Shown: positions 1 through 9,176, counted from the stretch's first letter. The stretch: 64,000 nucleotides of DNA from an uncultured virus (IMG/VR IMGVR_UViG_3300017721_001070) (IMGVR_UViG_3300017721_001070), one strand, 5' to 3'. The notes: generated by a model from the sequence alone, not told the origin. Numbers and translations are program-made.

Positions 1-63
1 ATCGTCAGTCCTCTCAGAAGAGAAGAAAGAGAAGCGAGTCATAAAGGACTGGAACGTTTTCAT
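1..63 (-). CDS. 5' end of a hypothetical protein running off the window (MKTFQSFMTRFSFFSSERTDD...)
   Basis: ATG at 63-61 with an open frame to the window edge, just downstream of a sigma70-like promoter. Confidence 0.5.
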   Translation of the reverse strand, partial: MKTFQSFMTRFSFFSSERTDD

Positions 64-69
64 ATTATT

Positions 70-129
70 ATTATAGCACCTACAGGAGTCGTTGCAAGTG
101 GGCTGTGGCCACTTTATTTATTGTCACAG
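70..129 (-). promoter_or_regulatory. Sigma70-like promoter (TTGCAA-N16-TATAAT) with upstream 21-bp dyad motif
   Basis: attata at 70-75, ttgcaa at 92-97; CCACTT-N5-A-N-TGTCACAG at 109-129. Confidence 0.65.
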
Positions 130-131
130 GG

Positions 132-854
132 TCAGAACTCAACCAATAATGCGTTACCAGGTGGTCTCTTGACAGTAACAATTCTTCTTCCCCTATCCCC
201 TCTAGTAGGAGATTTTCCAAGAATTAGAGGCATACCCTCACGATCTGTCTCGTTTGGAGAGAAGGGTTGATCAACTCTCCTCTTTCTAAGTCTCAAATAT
301 AGATCATTATCATTTGAATATTTTCTAGATTCAAAGAACTTTCCATTAACTCTAAGAATACCACCAGAAAATGTATATCTAACATCCATTGGACCAATAT
401 ACATGTAGTCAATCGGACCACCCATAGAAGCATTGCCAACAACAATCTGTTCTTTTAAACCATCACTAACTTTTCCATACATATCAGGCAAACCAGACAT
501 TCCTTCTTGAAATCCCATTGACAAATACTTCTGAAGTGCAGCACCTAAGAATCTACCAGTAAATCCAGGAACAGCCAACTCTAAACCTTTTAGTCCACCA
601 CCAGCAATACTTGGTGCAGATGTTCCTTTATTTGAAATATTAATATTTCCTCTTTGAGTACTAATAATTACATCAGTATATGGTTCGGTTCCAGCAACAG
701 ATCGTCCCTCATACTTTTGTGCCATTACACATCTAGTAATTCTATCACCAGATGTACCTTGAATAGTAAATGGTTTCCCATTATTGAGTCCGTATCCAGC
801 ATTAACCGCATCAATAAGTCCGCGTTCTTGCCTTTCTGCTGATTGACCTGCCAT
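132..854 (-). CDS. Hypothetical protein, putative PD-(D/E)xK-fold nuclease
   Basis: 240-aa ORF; ERQE...PYTDVII...NISNK resembles restriction-endonuclease motifs I-III (SxK variant). Confidence 0.5.
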   Translation of the reverse strand: MAGQSAERQERGLIDAVNAGYGLNNGKPFTIQGTSGDRITRCVMAQKYEGRSVAGTEPYTDVIISTQRGNINISNKGTSAPSIAGGGLKGLELAVPGFTGRFLGAALQKYLSMGFQEGMSGLPDMYGKVSDGLKEQIVVGNASMGGPIDYMYIGPMDVRYTFSGGILRVNGKFFESRKYSNDNDLYLRLRKRRVDQPFSPNETDREGMPLILGKSPTRGDRGRRIVTVKRPPGNALLVEF

Positions 855-881
855 AAAAAAAAGAGGCTTTGCCTCTATTTA
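855..881 (-). terminator. Hairpin plus U-run overlapping a late promoter core (TAAATA)
   Basis: Minus strand reads TAAATAGAGGCAAAGCCTCTTTTTTTTATG: stem AGAGGC/GCCTCT, then a T-run up to the ATG. Confidence 0.65.
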
Positions 882-1063
882 TTATGAATAGTGATGGATT
901 CATCAAGAGAGTGAATGAGTTTGCCTAGATTTTCTTTCCAAACGTCATCATCTGGAACTAGTGATTCAAATCTTTTTAGAAACAAATGAAAATGTTCTGC
1001 ATCTTCAACTCCCATTCTCAGGGTTACATATTTGGGATCATCCATCTTTCTTATTAAAACCAA
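875..1063 (-). CDS. Hypothetical protein
   Basis: 62-aa ORF in operon; the true start may be MDDPKY. Confidence 0.6.
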   Translation of the reverse strand: MVLIRKMDDPKYVTLRMGVEDAEHFHLFLKRFESLVPDDDVWKENLGKLIHSLDESITIHNK

Positions 1064-1241
1064 AAGGACCTTCTTTATCTTCTTCTGTTCTTAGTTTTAA
1101 TGCAACGTTACCAACTGCTTCCATTACTTTGATAATGTCTTCGGTCTTAGCATCTCCACCAAGTTCTTTGGCAACATACCAATACTTAGGCCAGAATGTT
1201 TCTCCTGCTTTTTGATAGTCTTCTAGTGTGAGTAGTTTCAT
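1038..1241 (-). CDS. Conserved cyanophage hypothetical protein
   Basis: 67-aa ORF, GGAGG RBS, ATGA coupling. Confidence 0.8.
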   Translation of the reverse strand: MKLLTLEDYQKAGETFWPKYWYVAKELGGDAKTEDIIKVMEAVGNVALKLRTEEDKEGPFGFNKKDG

Positions 1242-1396
1242 TTTCCTCCTGTTTCGTAGTTTAGTTTGTCGTCTTGCTCTTTCAACTTACGCTGACGAAT
1301 TCCCTCATGAAGAGCAGCAATTGCTGCCTTAGTTTCAGGAGTTTCTTCCCACTCCCATTCCTGCTGATGCTTGTTCTTAAATGATTTTTTACTCAT
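1238..1396 (-). CDS. Small hypothetical protein (52 aa, MSKKSFKNKHQQEWEWEETPE...)
   Basis: Translated manually; ATGA overlaps at both ends; below the ORF-track cutoff. Confidence 0.75.
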   Translation of the reverse strand: MSKKSFKNKHQQEWEWEETPETKAAIAALHEGIRQRKLKEQDDKLNYETGGK

Positions 1397-1512
1397 CGTC
1401 CAAACCTCTTATCCATTTTTAGTTTGACATAATACATTCCTAAGATCCAAACGGAAAAGAAAAACCCCTCCACAGTGTCCATGGAGTTCCAAGCGTGTAC
1501 TGCACCATCCAT
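1393..1512 (-). CDS. Small membrane protein (39 aa, MDGAVHAWNSMDTVEGFFFSVWILGMYYVKLKMDKRFGR)
   Basis: Translated manually; TGATG coupling to mazG; one hydrophobic segment. Confidence 0.7.
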   Translation of the reverse strand: MDGAVHAWNSMDTVEGFFFSVWILGMYYVKLKMDKRFGR

Positions 1513-1922
1513 CAGAGATCACCTTCCACACGGTTCTCTGAATGATGAACATCAAACTCACCACCAGGATAACGGGTTACAAGTTTTTCAACATTCATCT
1601 CAATAATTTCATCAAGAGAAATATTAAGTCCCATACATGCCTGTGCAACATACCACATAATGTCACCAAGTTCACGCTTCATATGCCACATGTTTTCTTC
1701 AGTGACTGGCTTACCTTGAAAGACAATCTTCTTGACAATCTCGGTGAACTCACCTGCTTCGGCACACATACCAACAGAGGCAGTTAAGAGTCTATGAGTT
1801 TCAAAGCCCTCTCCGCGAAGTTCTTGAATGCGATACTCAAAGGCATCAGCATCTTTACTAGGTTGAGATGTGACGGCATTCACAAACTCAAGATAGGCAT
1901 CAGTGTTTACTTTATTAGTCAT
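1512..1922 (-). CDS. mazG: MazG nucleoside triphosphate pyrophosphohydrolase
   Basis: EAGEFTEIVKK...RELGDIMWY...NVEKL..RYP motifs; usual position after gp41. Confidence 0.95.
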   Translation of the reverse strand: MTNKVNTDAYLEFVNAVTSQPSKDADAFEYRIQELRGEGFETHRLLTASVGMCAEAGEFTEIVKKIVFQGKPVTEENMWHMKRELGDIMWYVAQACMGLNISLDEIIEMNVEKLVTRYPGGEFDVHHSENRVEGDL

Positions 1923-2202
1923 GAAAGTCAGGGATAAATGGTTCTTGGCAATTTTCGGGCAGTTCTTTATATTCTACTTCCTGCCAACTGCCTCCAACAC
2001 CACCATCCATATTGACGGCAATATCTTTGGTAGGAAGTTGATTTTGTGGAAATGGTTCCACATCTACGATTTGATAGATTGGTTTGAATTGATAGTAATG
2101 GCCATCCCATCTGTTGTTTCTAATACTGACAAGGTTGACAGCATCGCGATGAGCACCACAGTCAGCAATTTTTTGACCGCGTGGATTGAATACAGAATAC
2201 AT
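1915..2202 (-). CDS. Hypothetical protein
   Basis: 95-aa ORF coupled to its neighbours. Confidence 0.75.
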   Translation of the reverse strand: MYSVFNPRGQKIADCGAHRDAVNLVSIRNNRWDGHYYQFKPIYQIVDVEPFPQNQLPTKDIAVNMDGGVGGSWQEVEYKELPENCQEPFIPDFHD

Positions 2203-2837
2203 TAGTTATATGATTCAAAAAAGAGTGCTTGATTTAGTCTGAAGTTTTTTCCAAAATATTTTTTGTTTGATACTGTTTGGCCATGTAGATAACTATTTGC
2301 ATCGAACATAATACACGTATTATACCTTGGTTTAATGGATTTTACAAGTTCGTAATATTTCTTAGGTCTCCATGGTAAGTAGTGCTCATTGGTAGTTCTA
2401 CGAACGTCTTCTTCAGAGTCCTCTAAGCATTTATAAATGTTTGTACCATTCACTTCATCATCTTTATTCAGATACACAAGTGCAGTATACCCCTCGTCAA
2501 GATGAGGCCACCAGTAGTTTTCTTCATAGTTATTGAAGGTATGTGGGTTGAATCTAGAATAATTAGTTCTAACATTAGTCTGTATAGGAATTTGCCCACA
2601 GATTTTAGACAAGTATTCATAAACATGAGGAATTTCACAATCAAGATCGTGCCTCATATCCAAGAAGTAAACTCCATTATAACTAGGATGATCCTCTTCT
2701 TTATGAAGGTATGGAGGAGTCTGTAGAATATAATGAACGATCTCTTCAGGATTTTCATAGAAATCATCCATGTAATACATTGGAGAGTTTTCTATATATT
2801 CAGTACGTATCTTGATATTGGGGTTTATATCAAACAT
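2202..2837 (-). CDS. Putative 2OG-Fe(II) oxygenase (DUF6445-like)
   Basis: DDFYENPEE; PHLD (HxD); ALVYLN; distal H (LHG); RLNQ. Confidence 0.75.
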   Translation of the reverse strand: MFDINPNIKIRTEYIENSPMYYMDDFYENPEEIVHYILQTPPYLHKEEDHPSYNGVYFLDMRHDLDCEIPHVYEYLSKICGQIPIQTNVRTNYSRFNPHTFNNYEENYWWPHLDEGYTALVYLNKDDEVNGTNIYKCLEDSEEDVRRTTNEHYLPWRPKKYYELVKSIKPRYNTCIMFDANSYLHGQTVSNKKYFGKNFRLNQALFFESYN

Positions 2838-4204
2838 TAGAACTGAAATCCCTTGAATTTATTTTCAGATTCTCCACCATTATACTCTTCATCTTTTCCA
2901 CTGTCAACAATATTCTGCTCGCTCTGCTCAACATCATACAGACGCATCTTAGCACGATCGATACCAACGATGAATCGTTTATTCACATTTCCATCATTGT
3001 ATCTATTCTTCAACTGCTTTATCATTATCTGTCCAAGTTGTTCAAGTTCCTCAGTGCTAATAAGGGCAAACATAAGATCAGCAGTAGCAGGGAGACCAAA
3101 GGACTCACTAGTGTCAGTAAGGTCAATATCAGAGCTAGCAAAACCAGAACGAGTGGTCTGCGTGGCAGAAACGATAGGGACGTTTGCTTCAACAGCCAAT
3201 CCTCTAAGCTCTTCTGCAATAGACTTAATATATGAATATGAATTGACATTACTGTTTCCGCGATAACGGGAGGAAGAACATATATTAAGGTAATCAATGA
3301 AAATAATATCAGGTCTAAATGATTTCTTAAGTGCAAGTTCATTAAGAAGTGCTTTAAAATGTCCACTATGTGCGCTTGCAGTAGGGTATTCTTTGACAAT
3401 CAAATTACCTTGAGTTTTCTTAGCAAGGTTTGATACTTTATTTTCAAACATGGGACGTGGGAGATCAACAATCTCTTGAATATTTACATTCAAAAGGTTC
3501 GCATCAATTCTCTCAGCAATTTTTTCTTCTGCCATCTCCATAGTGATATACAATACATTATATCCCGCGACGAGAGAGGACGAAGCCATATGACACATAA
3601 AAAGAGACTTTCCGACGCCTGTGCCAGCAAGAGCGATATTAAGAGTCTTGTTTGGTAAACCACCTTTAGTAATCTTGTTAAGGTACTCAATATCAAACGG
3701 AATCCGATCTTCCTTACGATGATAAGATTCAAACCTTTCTTGAAAGTCTTGTAAGTAGTCATGTCCAATGTGATTGTCAAAAGAAACTGCTAAAGCATTA
3801 CTCAGAATACTAGGAATGGCATCACGGGTTTTCTTTTCATCATTGCCATCAGCAATATGAATTGATTCCATAAGTGCTAAGTAGATAGCACGATCACGAC
3901 ACCACTTCTCAGTAGAATCCGTCAACCATTTCTGATCAACTTCTTTTTCTTCTAGTTTATCAATACAATTTTTTGCCTCTTGAAGATCTTCTCCAGTGAG
4001 ATCGGAACGATTTGAGATCTCAATCTGTAGAGCTTCAAGAGAGATAAGACTATCATACTTGATAATGAACTCTGAAGCCTCAAGAAAGATTGTTTTCTGA
4101 ATGCGATCTTCAAAGTATTCTGGTTGTAAAAATGGTATAACCTTTCTAGCATAGTCTTCATTGTTGACCAAACTTCTCAGAATTGCGATTTCAATTTGTT
4201 CCAT
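2837..4204 (-). CDS. gp41: Replicative DNA helicase gp41
   Basis: AGTGVGKS Walker A, IFIDYLNI, SESFGLP, KQLKNRY. Confidence 0.97.
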   Translation of the reverse strand: MEQIEIAILRSLVNNEDYARKVIPFLQPEYFEDRIQKTIFLEASEFIIKYDSLISLEALQIEISNRSDLTGEDLQEAKNCIDKLEEKEVDQKWLTDSTEKWCRDRAIYLALMESIHIADGNDEKKTRDAIPSILSNALAVSFDNHIGHDYLQDFQERFESYHRKEDRIPFDIEYLNKITKGGLPNKTLNIALAGTGVGKSLFMCHMASSSLVAGYNVLYITMEMAEEKIAERIDANLLNVNIQEIVDLPRPMFENKVSNLAKKTQGNLIVKEYPTASAHSGHFKALLNELALKKSFRPDIIFIDYLNICSSSRYRGNSNVNSYSYIKSIAEELRGLAVEANVPIVSATQTTRSGFASSDIDLTDTSESFGLPATADLMFALISTEELEQLGQIMIKQLKNRYNDGNVNKRFIVGIDRAKMRLYDVEQSEQNIVDSGKDEEYNGGESENKFKGFQF

Positions 4205-5208
4205 TAATTACCGTAACTAAATTCTTCAAAAGCAATCTTGTCGAGTTTCTCCATAACCTCTGGAGTAAAGTATTGTTCTGGATCTTTTAGAATAGCCTTT
4301 GCATAGACTTTCTTACCATCAATTTCGTAACGACCTGCTACATTTTTCCAAAGTCCGCCAATCTCACCGAGTTCAAGAAGACCAAAATATCGATCAAGAC
4401 CACGCTCATCGTAATACAGACGCACCGTAACATCCTTGTTCTCCTTACTTAAACGAGACTTGTGAGTCTTTGCCTTGATAAGATTACCAATGACTTCTGT
4501 TCCATCCTTCTCTTTCTTTTTGCTGAGATAGATGATTGTACTCGCTGCATACTTGAGGCCGCTGCCTCCTCCCATTTCTTTAGTTGGAACATAAGAACCG
4601 ATGACATCATAAGTGTGATTAGTAACAATCATTGGAATGTTTGCTTGACCCAACTTGAGCGTGAGCATACGGAAAGCACCCTTGATAAGTTGGGATTTAG
4701 TCATGTCCCGAACTTGCTTTTCATTAAGAGCATCCGTAATCTCTTTCTCAGTGGATAGCATTCCTAAAGAGTCTAGCACAAACATGCAGGGTTTGCGATC
4801 TTCATCAGGTGTTTTGAGATACATGTCTACTGCCTTGAGTGCCTTGCTACGGAACTCTTCGACCGTTACCACATTCACTACGACAAGACGATTCAGATCG
4901 ATTCCACGACTCTCTAAGAGCGATTTATTGACAGCTGCCTCAGTATCAAAATACAAGCAGTATCCATCAGGATTAGAATCAAGAAAATTCTTAACCACTG
5001 CGAGAGAGAAGAAAGTTTTTCCAGTAGAACTTTCGCCAGCAATTGCAGTGATTTTGTTACCAGATACACCCCCACGGATAGACCCAGATACAAGAGCATT
5101 AAAGATGAACGAACCAGTGTCAACGTATGTTTCAGTTTCGTCAATGTCTGCTGCCAGTTTGGTGAAGTCATCTCCAATCTCTTTTACAATATCTTTCAAA
5201 AAATCCAT
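4204..5208 (-). CDS. uvsX: RecA-like recombinase UvsX
   Basis: GESSTGKT, FDTE, LDSLG, MGGGSGLKYAAS. Confidence 0.97.
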   Translation of the reverse strand: MDFLKDIVKEIGDDFTKLAADIDETETYVDTGSFIFNALVSGSIRGGVSGNKITAIAGESSTGKTFFSLAVVKNFLDSNPDGYCLYFDTEAAVNKSLLESRGIDLNRLVVVNVVTVEEFRSKALKAVDMYLKTPDEDRKPCMFVLDSLGMLSTEKEITDALNEKQVRDMTKSQLIKGAFRMLTLKLGQANIPMIVTNHTYDVIGSYVPTKEMGGGSGLKYAASTIIYLSKKKEKDGTEVIGNLIKAKTHKSRLSKENKDVTVRLYYDERGLDRYFGLLELGEIGGLWKNVAGRYEIDGKKVYAKAILKDPEQYFTPEVMEKLDKIAFEEFSYGN

Positions 5209-5211
5209 AAA

Positions 5212-5409
5212 TTAATTCCAACGTTTTGTTTTCAAATATTCTAGCACATCTCCACGAACATCCATAAGTTCATGGAAACATTTTTGGTTATGAGCACATT
5301 GCCTTAATGCGGGATCTGCTTTTAAGACAGACTCAATAAAAAGATCTAGCCCCCTATTCCACTTGTCATGTTTTCCTTCACCATCATCAATAGTATACTG
5401 ATCTTTCAT
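5212..5409 (-). CDS. Conserved hypothetical protein
   Basis: Start re-called at MKDQY (ATGA overlap with the gp43 stop). Confidence 0.75.
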   Translation of the reverse strand: MKDQYTIDDGEGKHDKWNRGLDLFIESVLKADPALRQCAHNQKCFHELMDVRGDVLEYLKTKRWN

Positions 5410-7901
5410 GAGAAAAAGTCCTCCAGACTTACAGTTTTTTCTACAGACCACCCAATTGCATCTAAGATTGCTTTCAGTGGATCAATAAATGATTTGCTAA
5501 ATTGAAGTTCATAATCTACGTACTTATTCAAGTGAAGTTCTTTTGGAAAATCTTGAATGAAAGAAAATACGTTTTCATGAATAGTGTTTGGAACTTTCAT
5601 ATAGCAAAACTTTATTTTCTCCCCATTCCGAATCAAAGAATATTTGTTAGTAAGTTTCTTGTCCTTTATGTAGTAATTGTACAGAAGAGCTCCTCTCACA
5701 TGGATAGGAGTGCCCTTCCTATAAATTGTACCACGATCATGAAACTTCTCAACGTCACTTACAGATCTCGGAAAAGAGATCTCTTCTGGAGGAAGTTTCT
5801 TAAACTCTATACGAGAATTTTCAATGAAGTCGATTACATCATCTTCTGTCCCAGTCATAACAAGTTTGAGAGCATCTTTAATATACTGACGACAAGATGC
5901 AGGTGTTGAAGATTTTACTGCTTCAATACCCATAATCTTTAGTTTGGGTTCTTCATATCGAACCCCTTCACTATCCCAGACGTTGAGAATATATCTCTTC
6001 TTAGCAGTCCAGATACCCCTATCAGCAATATTCTCTCTTGCCATAACCATCTTCTGGTCATATGCCGATACATATGTAGCGAGATCTTGATAAGACTTTT
6101 CGATGAATGGCTCAAACTTATCTTGACATACCTTATCAAGTAAAGAAACAATTGCTGCTTTATCGTCAGACTTATTACCAAAAAATTTAGTAACAAGAGG
6201 TCCAAGATTAAGATAGATGGAATCAGTATCTGATGCGATAACATAATCGATACCATCCGTTTTTAACAGAGTGTTTAGATATCCATTCATCTTGTTCTCA
6301 ATCCAACGAATTGAGACCTGACCAGATAAAGTAATAGCTTCTGCGTTCTCTAGTTTGTAATACCTAAAGTATTGATTGCCGATAGCACCATAAGCAGAGT
6401 TAAGAGAAATCTTCTTTGCCATTTGAATGTTATTGCAACGAGAGATTTCTTTTTCAAGTGCTTTAGTTGGCGTCTTCTCATAATCCTTCTTAGCTTGAAT
6501 CATCTTCTTCTTGAAGACAACACGTTCTCCATACATTTTGTCCATGAGTTCTGGTAAAAACCCACGCTTATCTTTACGGAACATAGCACCGTTTGCACAG
6601 ACGGCATTGTCCCTGTACATCTCAAAATTTATTTCCTCATTAAGGATCTTATCAACAGTTGCTGTTGGATGTTTCTCATCGAGAAGGGTCTCTGGTGAGA
6701 TGTTGTACTGCATAATAAGATGAGGGTAGAGAGAGTTAAGGTCAAAAGACACAACCCAATCATACTTTCCTGGAATCGGTTCCTTAACGTATGCTCCTGC
6801 ATATTTGTCATCTTTTACGCTCCCCTTTTTAGGTGGAATAACAACATTTTGTTTCTTGAGATAGTTGTAGATAATACTATCCCACATTCGGACCTGATAG
6901 AAAACGTCATTATAATTTACCTTGGCATCATAAGCCATGGTCAATGCTAGTTCAATCAGTTTCATCTTGTCTTCCAAACGGTCAACAAGTTCCACGTCAA
7001 TTATATTATATTCTACAAACTTTTGCCAGTTTCCTTCATAGAAATCTTTGAAGGTATCAAACTCAGAGTGATCTAGTTTTTTCTGCCCAAGTTCTACAGA
7101 GGCAATATGATCTAGTCTATAAGACTCTTGACTTGTATACGTAAACTTCTTATACAGATTTAGATAATCTAGTTGAGTTACACCACCAACATCAATACTG
7201 AGTTGTTTACGACCTTGAATAAAAATCTCACGTTCTGTAACCAATCCCCATGGTGATAGACGCTTCATCAGTTTCTCACCCAAAACACGGTTGAGCCTCC
7301 TTGTGATGTATGGCATATCATACAACTCACAATTCCAACCAGTGATAATGTCTGGAGTGTTCTCCATCCACCAACTAATGAAATTAGATAGTAGATGATG
7401 CTCAGAATCACAAAGACGATACTCAACATTACTCTGAGAGTTATTAAAGGATTTTACTCCCCAAGTAATAATCTTTTTCGTAGTGTAGTGTTGAATTGAG
7501 ATAAGGAGAATCTCTTCTGCAGCCGACTCTACATCTGGGAATCCGTTCTCAGCAGCAACCTCAATATCAAGGGTGTATAGATTAATCTTTGAGATATCAA
7601 AACGAATCTCATCATCAGGATACTTTTCAGAAATATACTGATAGATGAAACGTTCATTACCATAGATATTAAAATCTTCTATTCCATCATATCTTTTAAT
7701 AAAGTCGCGACAATCACGTACTGACCCAGGTTGAATTGGTTCGACATAATTGCCTTCAAGAGTTTTGTATCGTGTCTGCTTATTAGAAGACACAAAAAGA
7801 GTCGGGTTGAATTTCTCCCGAGTCATGAAACTTTGACCGTTTTCATAACCTCGGACGAGAAATTGATCCCCGACCATTTGAACATTAGTGTAGAATCTCA
7901 T
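5406..7901 (-). CDS. gp43: Family B DNA polymerase gp43
   Basis: Exonuclease DIE motif, SFDLNSLYP, KISLNSAYG, SDTDS, KKRY; uninterrupted. Confidence 0.98.
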   Translation of the reverse strand: MRFYTNVQMVGDQFLVRGYENGQSFMTREKFNPTLFVSSNKQTRYKTLEGNYVEPIQPGSVRDCRDFIKRYDGIEDFNIYGNERFIYQYISEKYPDDEIRFDISKINLYTLDIEVAAENGFPDVESAAEEILLISIQHYTTKKIITWGVKSFNNSQSNVEYRLCDSEHHLLSNFISWWMENTPDIITGWNCELYDMPYITRRLNRVLGEKLMKRLSPWGLVTEREIFIQGRKQLSIDVGGVTQLDYLNLYKKFTYTSQESYRLDHIASVELGQKKLDHSEFDTFKDFYEGNWQKFVEYNIIDVELVDRLEDKMKLIELALTMAYDAKVNYNDVFYQVRMWDSIIYNYLKKQNVVIPPKKGSVKDDKYAGAYVKEPIPGKYDWVVSFDLNSLYPHLIMQYNISPETLLDEKHPTATVDKILNEEINFEMYRDNAVCANGAMFRKDKRGFLPELMDKMYGERVVFKKKMIQAKKDYEKTPTKALEKEISRCNNIQMAKKISLNSAYGAIGNQYFRYYKLENAEAITLSGQVSIRWIENKMNGYLNTLLKTDGIDYVIASDTDSIYLNLGPLVTKFFGNKSDDKAAIVSLLDKVCQDKFEPFIEKSYQDLATYVSAYDQKMVMARENIADRGIWTAKKRYILNVWDSEGVRYEEPKLKIMGIEAVKSSTPASCRQYIKDALKLVMTGTEDDVIDFIENSRIEFKKLPPEEISFPRSVSDVEKFHDRGTIYRKGTPIHVRGALLYNYYIKDKKLTNKYSLIRNGEKIKFCYMKVPNTIHENVFSFIQDFPKELHLNKYVDYELQFSKSFIDPLKAILDAIGWSVEKTVSLEDFFS

Positions 7902-8182
7902 TCCTTAATCAGAGTTTCGTATGCCTTGAGTAGTTCTTCTTGTGGCTCAACGATAGTCAGTATATCATCTGAATAGACTGACATTGTAGTAGATGTAGTA
8001 ATCTCACTATCTGGCCATTGAATTAATCTTTTGTTAAGATCTGCTTCTTCATCCTTACAAAGAATACGAACTGGGTTGACTAGTTGCCAATCTGGTTGCC
8101 CAGATAGTTGATCAACATCCTGTGGTATTACTTTGGAGATTAGAACAAGATCATTCTTGAATAGTAGAACCTGAATCTGCAT
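7898..8182 (-). CDS. Hypothetical protein (possible Sm-like fold)
   Basis: 94-aa ORF coupled to gp43. Confidence 0.75.
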   Translation of the reverse strand: MQIQVLLFKNDLVLISKVIPQDVDQLSGQPDWQLVNPVRILCKDEEADLNKRLIQWPDSEITTSTTMSVYSDDILTIVEPQEELLKAYETLIKE

Positions 8183-8540
8183 CAGTATCTTCTCCAGTGG
8201 TGTTTACTTGTTCTGCTCTGTCTACTTCCATCCTTTTCTCATAGACATTTATAACATCTTGTGAAGGATTTGCAAATGTTACTACCCAATCAAGAGGAAC
8301 AACTTGTTCATTGTCATCTGTAAAAACAATCCACTTTCGTAGTACAAGTCTTGCAACAATCGCATCTTCAGTACCGTCTTCATTTAAAAGTTCGGGCTGT
8401 GATTCTTGCTCAACTCCTAAAATACATGCGTCTTTTAACATATAAGCAAGAGGACGATCGTCTCCCTTTTGCTTGAATACTTCTTTTACATCAGCGACCA
8501 ATTCTTCGCCAGATTTCAATTTAACAAATTTTACTGCCAT
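8151..8540 (-). CDS. Hypothetical protein (possible Sm-like fold)
   Basis: VKLKSGEELVADV N-terminus; 129 aa. Confidence 0.8.
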   Translation of the reverse strand: MAVKFVKLKSGEELVADVKEVFKQKGDDRPLAYMLKDACILGVEQESQPELLNEDGTEDAIVARLVLRKWIVFTDDNEQVVPLDWVVTFANPSQDVINVYEKRMEVDRAEQVNTTGEDTDADSGSTIQE

Positions 8541-8563
8541 TTTTCTTAGTGGGGTATCTTGAT

Positions 8564-8601
8564 ATTATAAGACCTCGCTTGGTCTTTGTCAAGCGAGGTC
8601 T
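8564..8601 (-). promoter_or_regulatory. Perfect sigma70 promoter TTGACA-N17-TATAAT overlapped by a 12-bp inverted repeat
   Basis: tgtcaa at 8587-8592, attata at 8564-8569; arms agacctcgcttg (8570-8581) and caagcgaggtct (8590-8601). Confidence 0.85.
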
Positions 8602-8631
8602 GCGACGATATTGGGTATTGCCCTTAATTAT

Positions 8632-9066
8632 TTAGAACCAAACTTTTTTTTGGTGATGTTCAGGGACAATCCTACCAAGAACAATAGTTAGTAACCCATC
8701 CTCAAATTCAACTGATCTAACTTCCGTGTCCTCTGCCAGTGTCCAAGATCTGGTGAAAGATCGTTGAGCCATTCCTCTGTGGACATAGGTGGTTTCTGAT
8801 TCGGTATCCTCTTTTTGTCCTTCGACAAAGAGTTTACCGTCTTGTGTGTAGACATTTACTTCTTTCTTTTTAAATCCTGCAAGTGCAAGTTCTAGTCTTG
8901 ATTCTACTGTGCTGACCGTGACTAGATTAAATGGAGGATAATTCTTCGTTGTTTCGTGGAGATTAAACAATCTGTCGAAGTATTCGTCCATTCCTATGCT
9001 ATTCCTATTTATGCGTTCCATCAACGCAGGTAGGTCCGCAGCAGTGTACCGTGCAAGGTTTCCCAT
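8632..9066 (-). CDS. hsp20: Small heat shock protein (Hsp20/IbpA-like)
   Basis: NYPPFN, LELALAGF, HRGMAQRSFTR, DGLL; start at MGNL after AAGGAG. Confidence 0.95.
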   Translation of the reverse strand: MGNLARYTAADLPALMERINRNSIGMDEYFDRLFNLHETTKNYPPFNLVTVSTVESRLELALAGFKKKEVNVYTQDGKLFVEGQKEDTESETTYVHRGMAQRSFTRSWTLAEDTEVRSVEFEDGLLTIVLGRIVPEHHQKKVWF

Positions 9067-9124
9067 GATTGTAGCTCCTTTAAAAGCGAGTTTGTTTTGT
9101 GTGGACCCCGAAGGCATCCGTCAT

Positions 9125-9132
9125 TATTTATA
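9125..9132 (-). promoter_or_regulatory. T4-type late promoter TATAAATA (hsp20)
   Basis: Exact gp55 consensus. Confidence 0.8.
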
Positions 9133-9142
9133 CCACACTAAT

Positions 9143-9176
9143 AAAAAAAGAGGAACGGTAATAACCGAACCTCTTT
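9143..9176 (-). terminator. Intrinsic terminator downstream of regA
   Basis: AAGAGG-TT-CGGT-TATT-ACCG-TT-CCTCTT followed by a T-run. Confidence 0.75.

Noticed and set aside
1..63. Capsid-targeting sequence in MKTFQSFMTR
   Set aside because: It lacks the Glu cleavage residue at position 10, and the ORF is truncated
4655..5215. 186-aa plus-strand ORF, and other plus-strand ORFs across the window
   Set aside because: Antisense shadows of conserved minus-strand genes, with no RBS, promoter or recognisable motifs
2837..7901. Inteins or group I introns in gp41, uvsX and gp43 (gp17, gp20, gp23 and gp46 also checked)
   Set aside because: Lengths are normal and motifs contiguous; no splicing motifs seen
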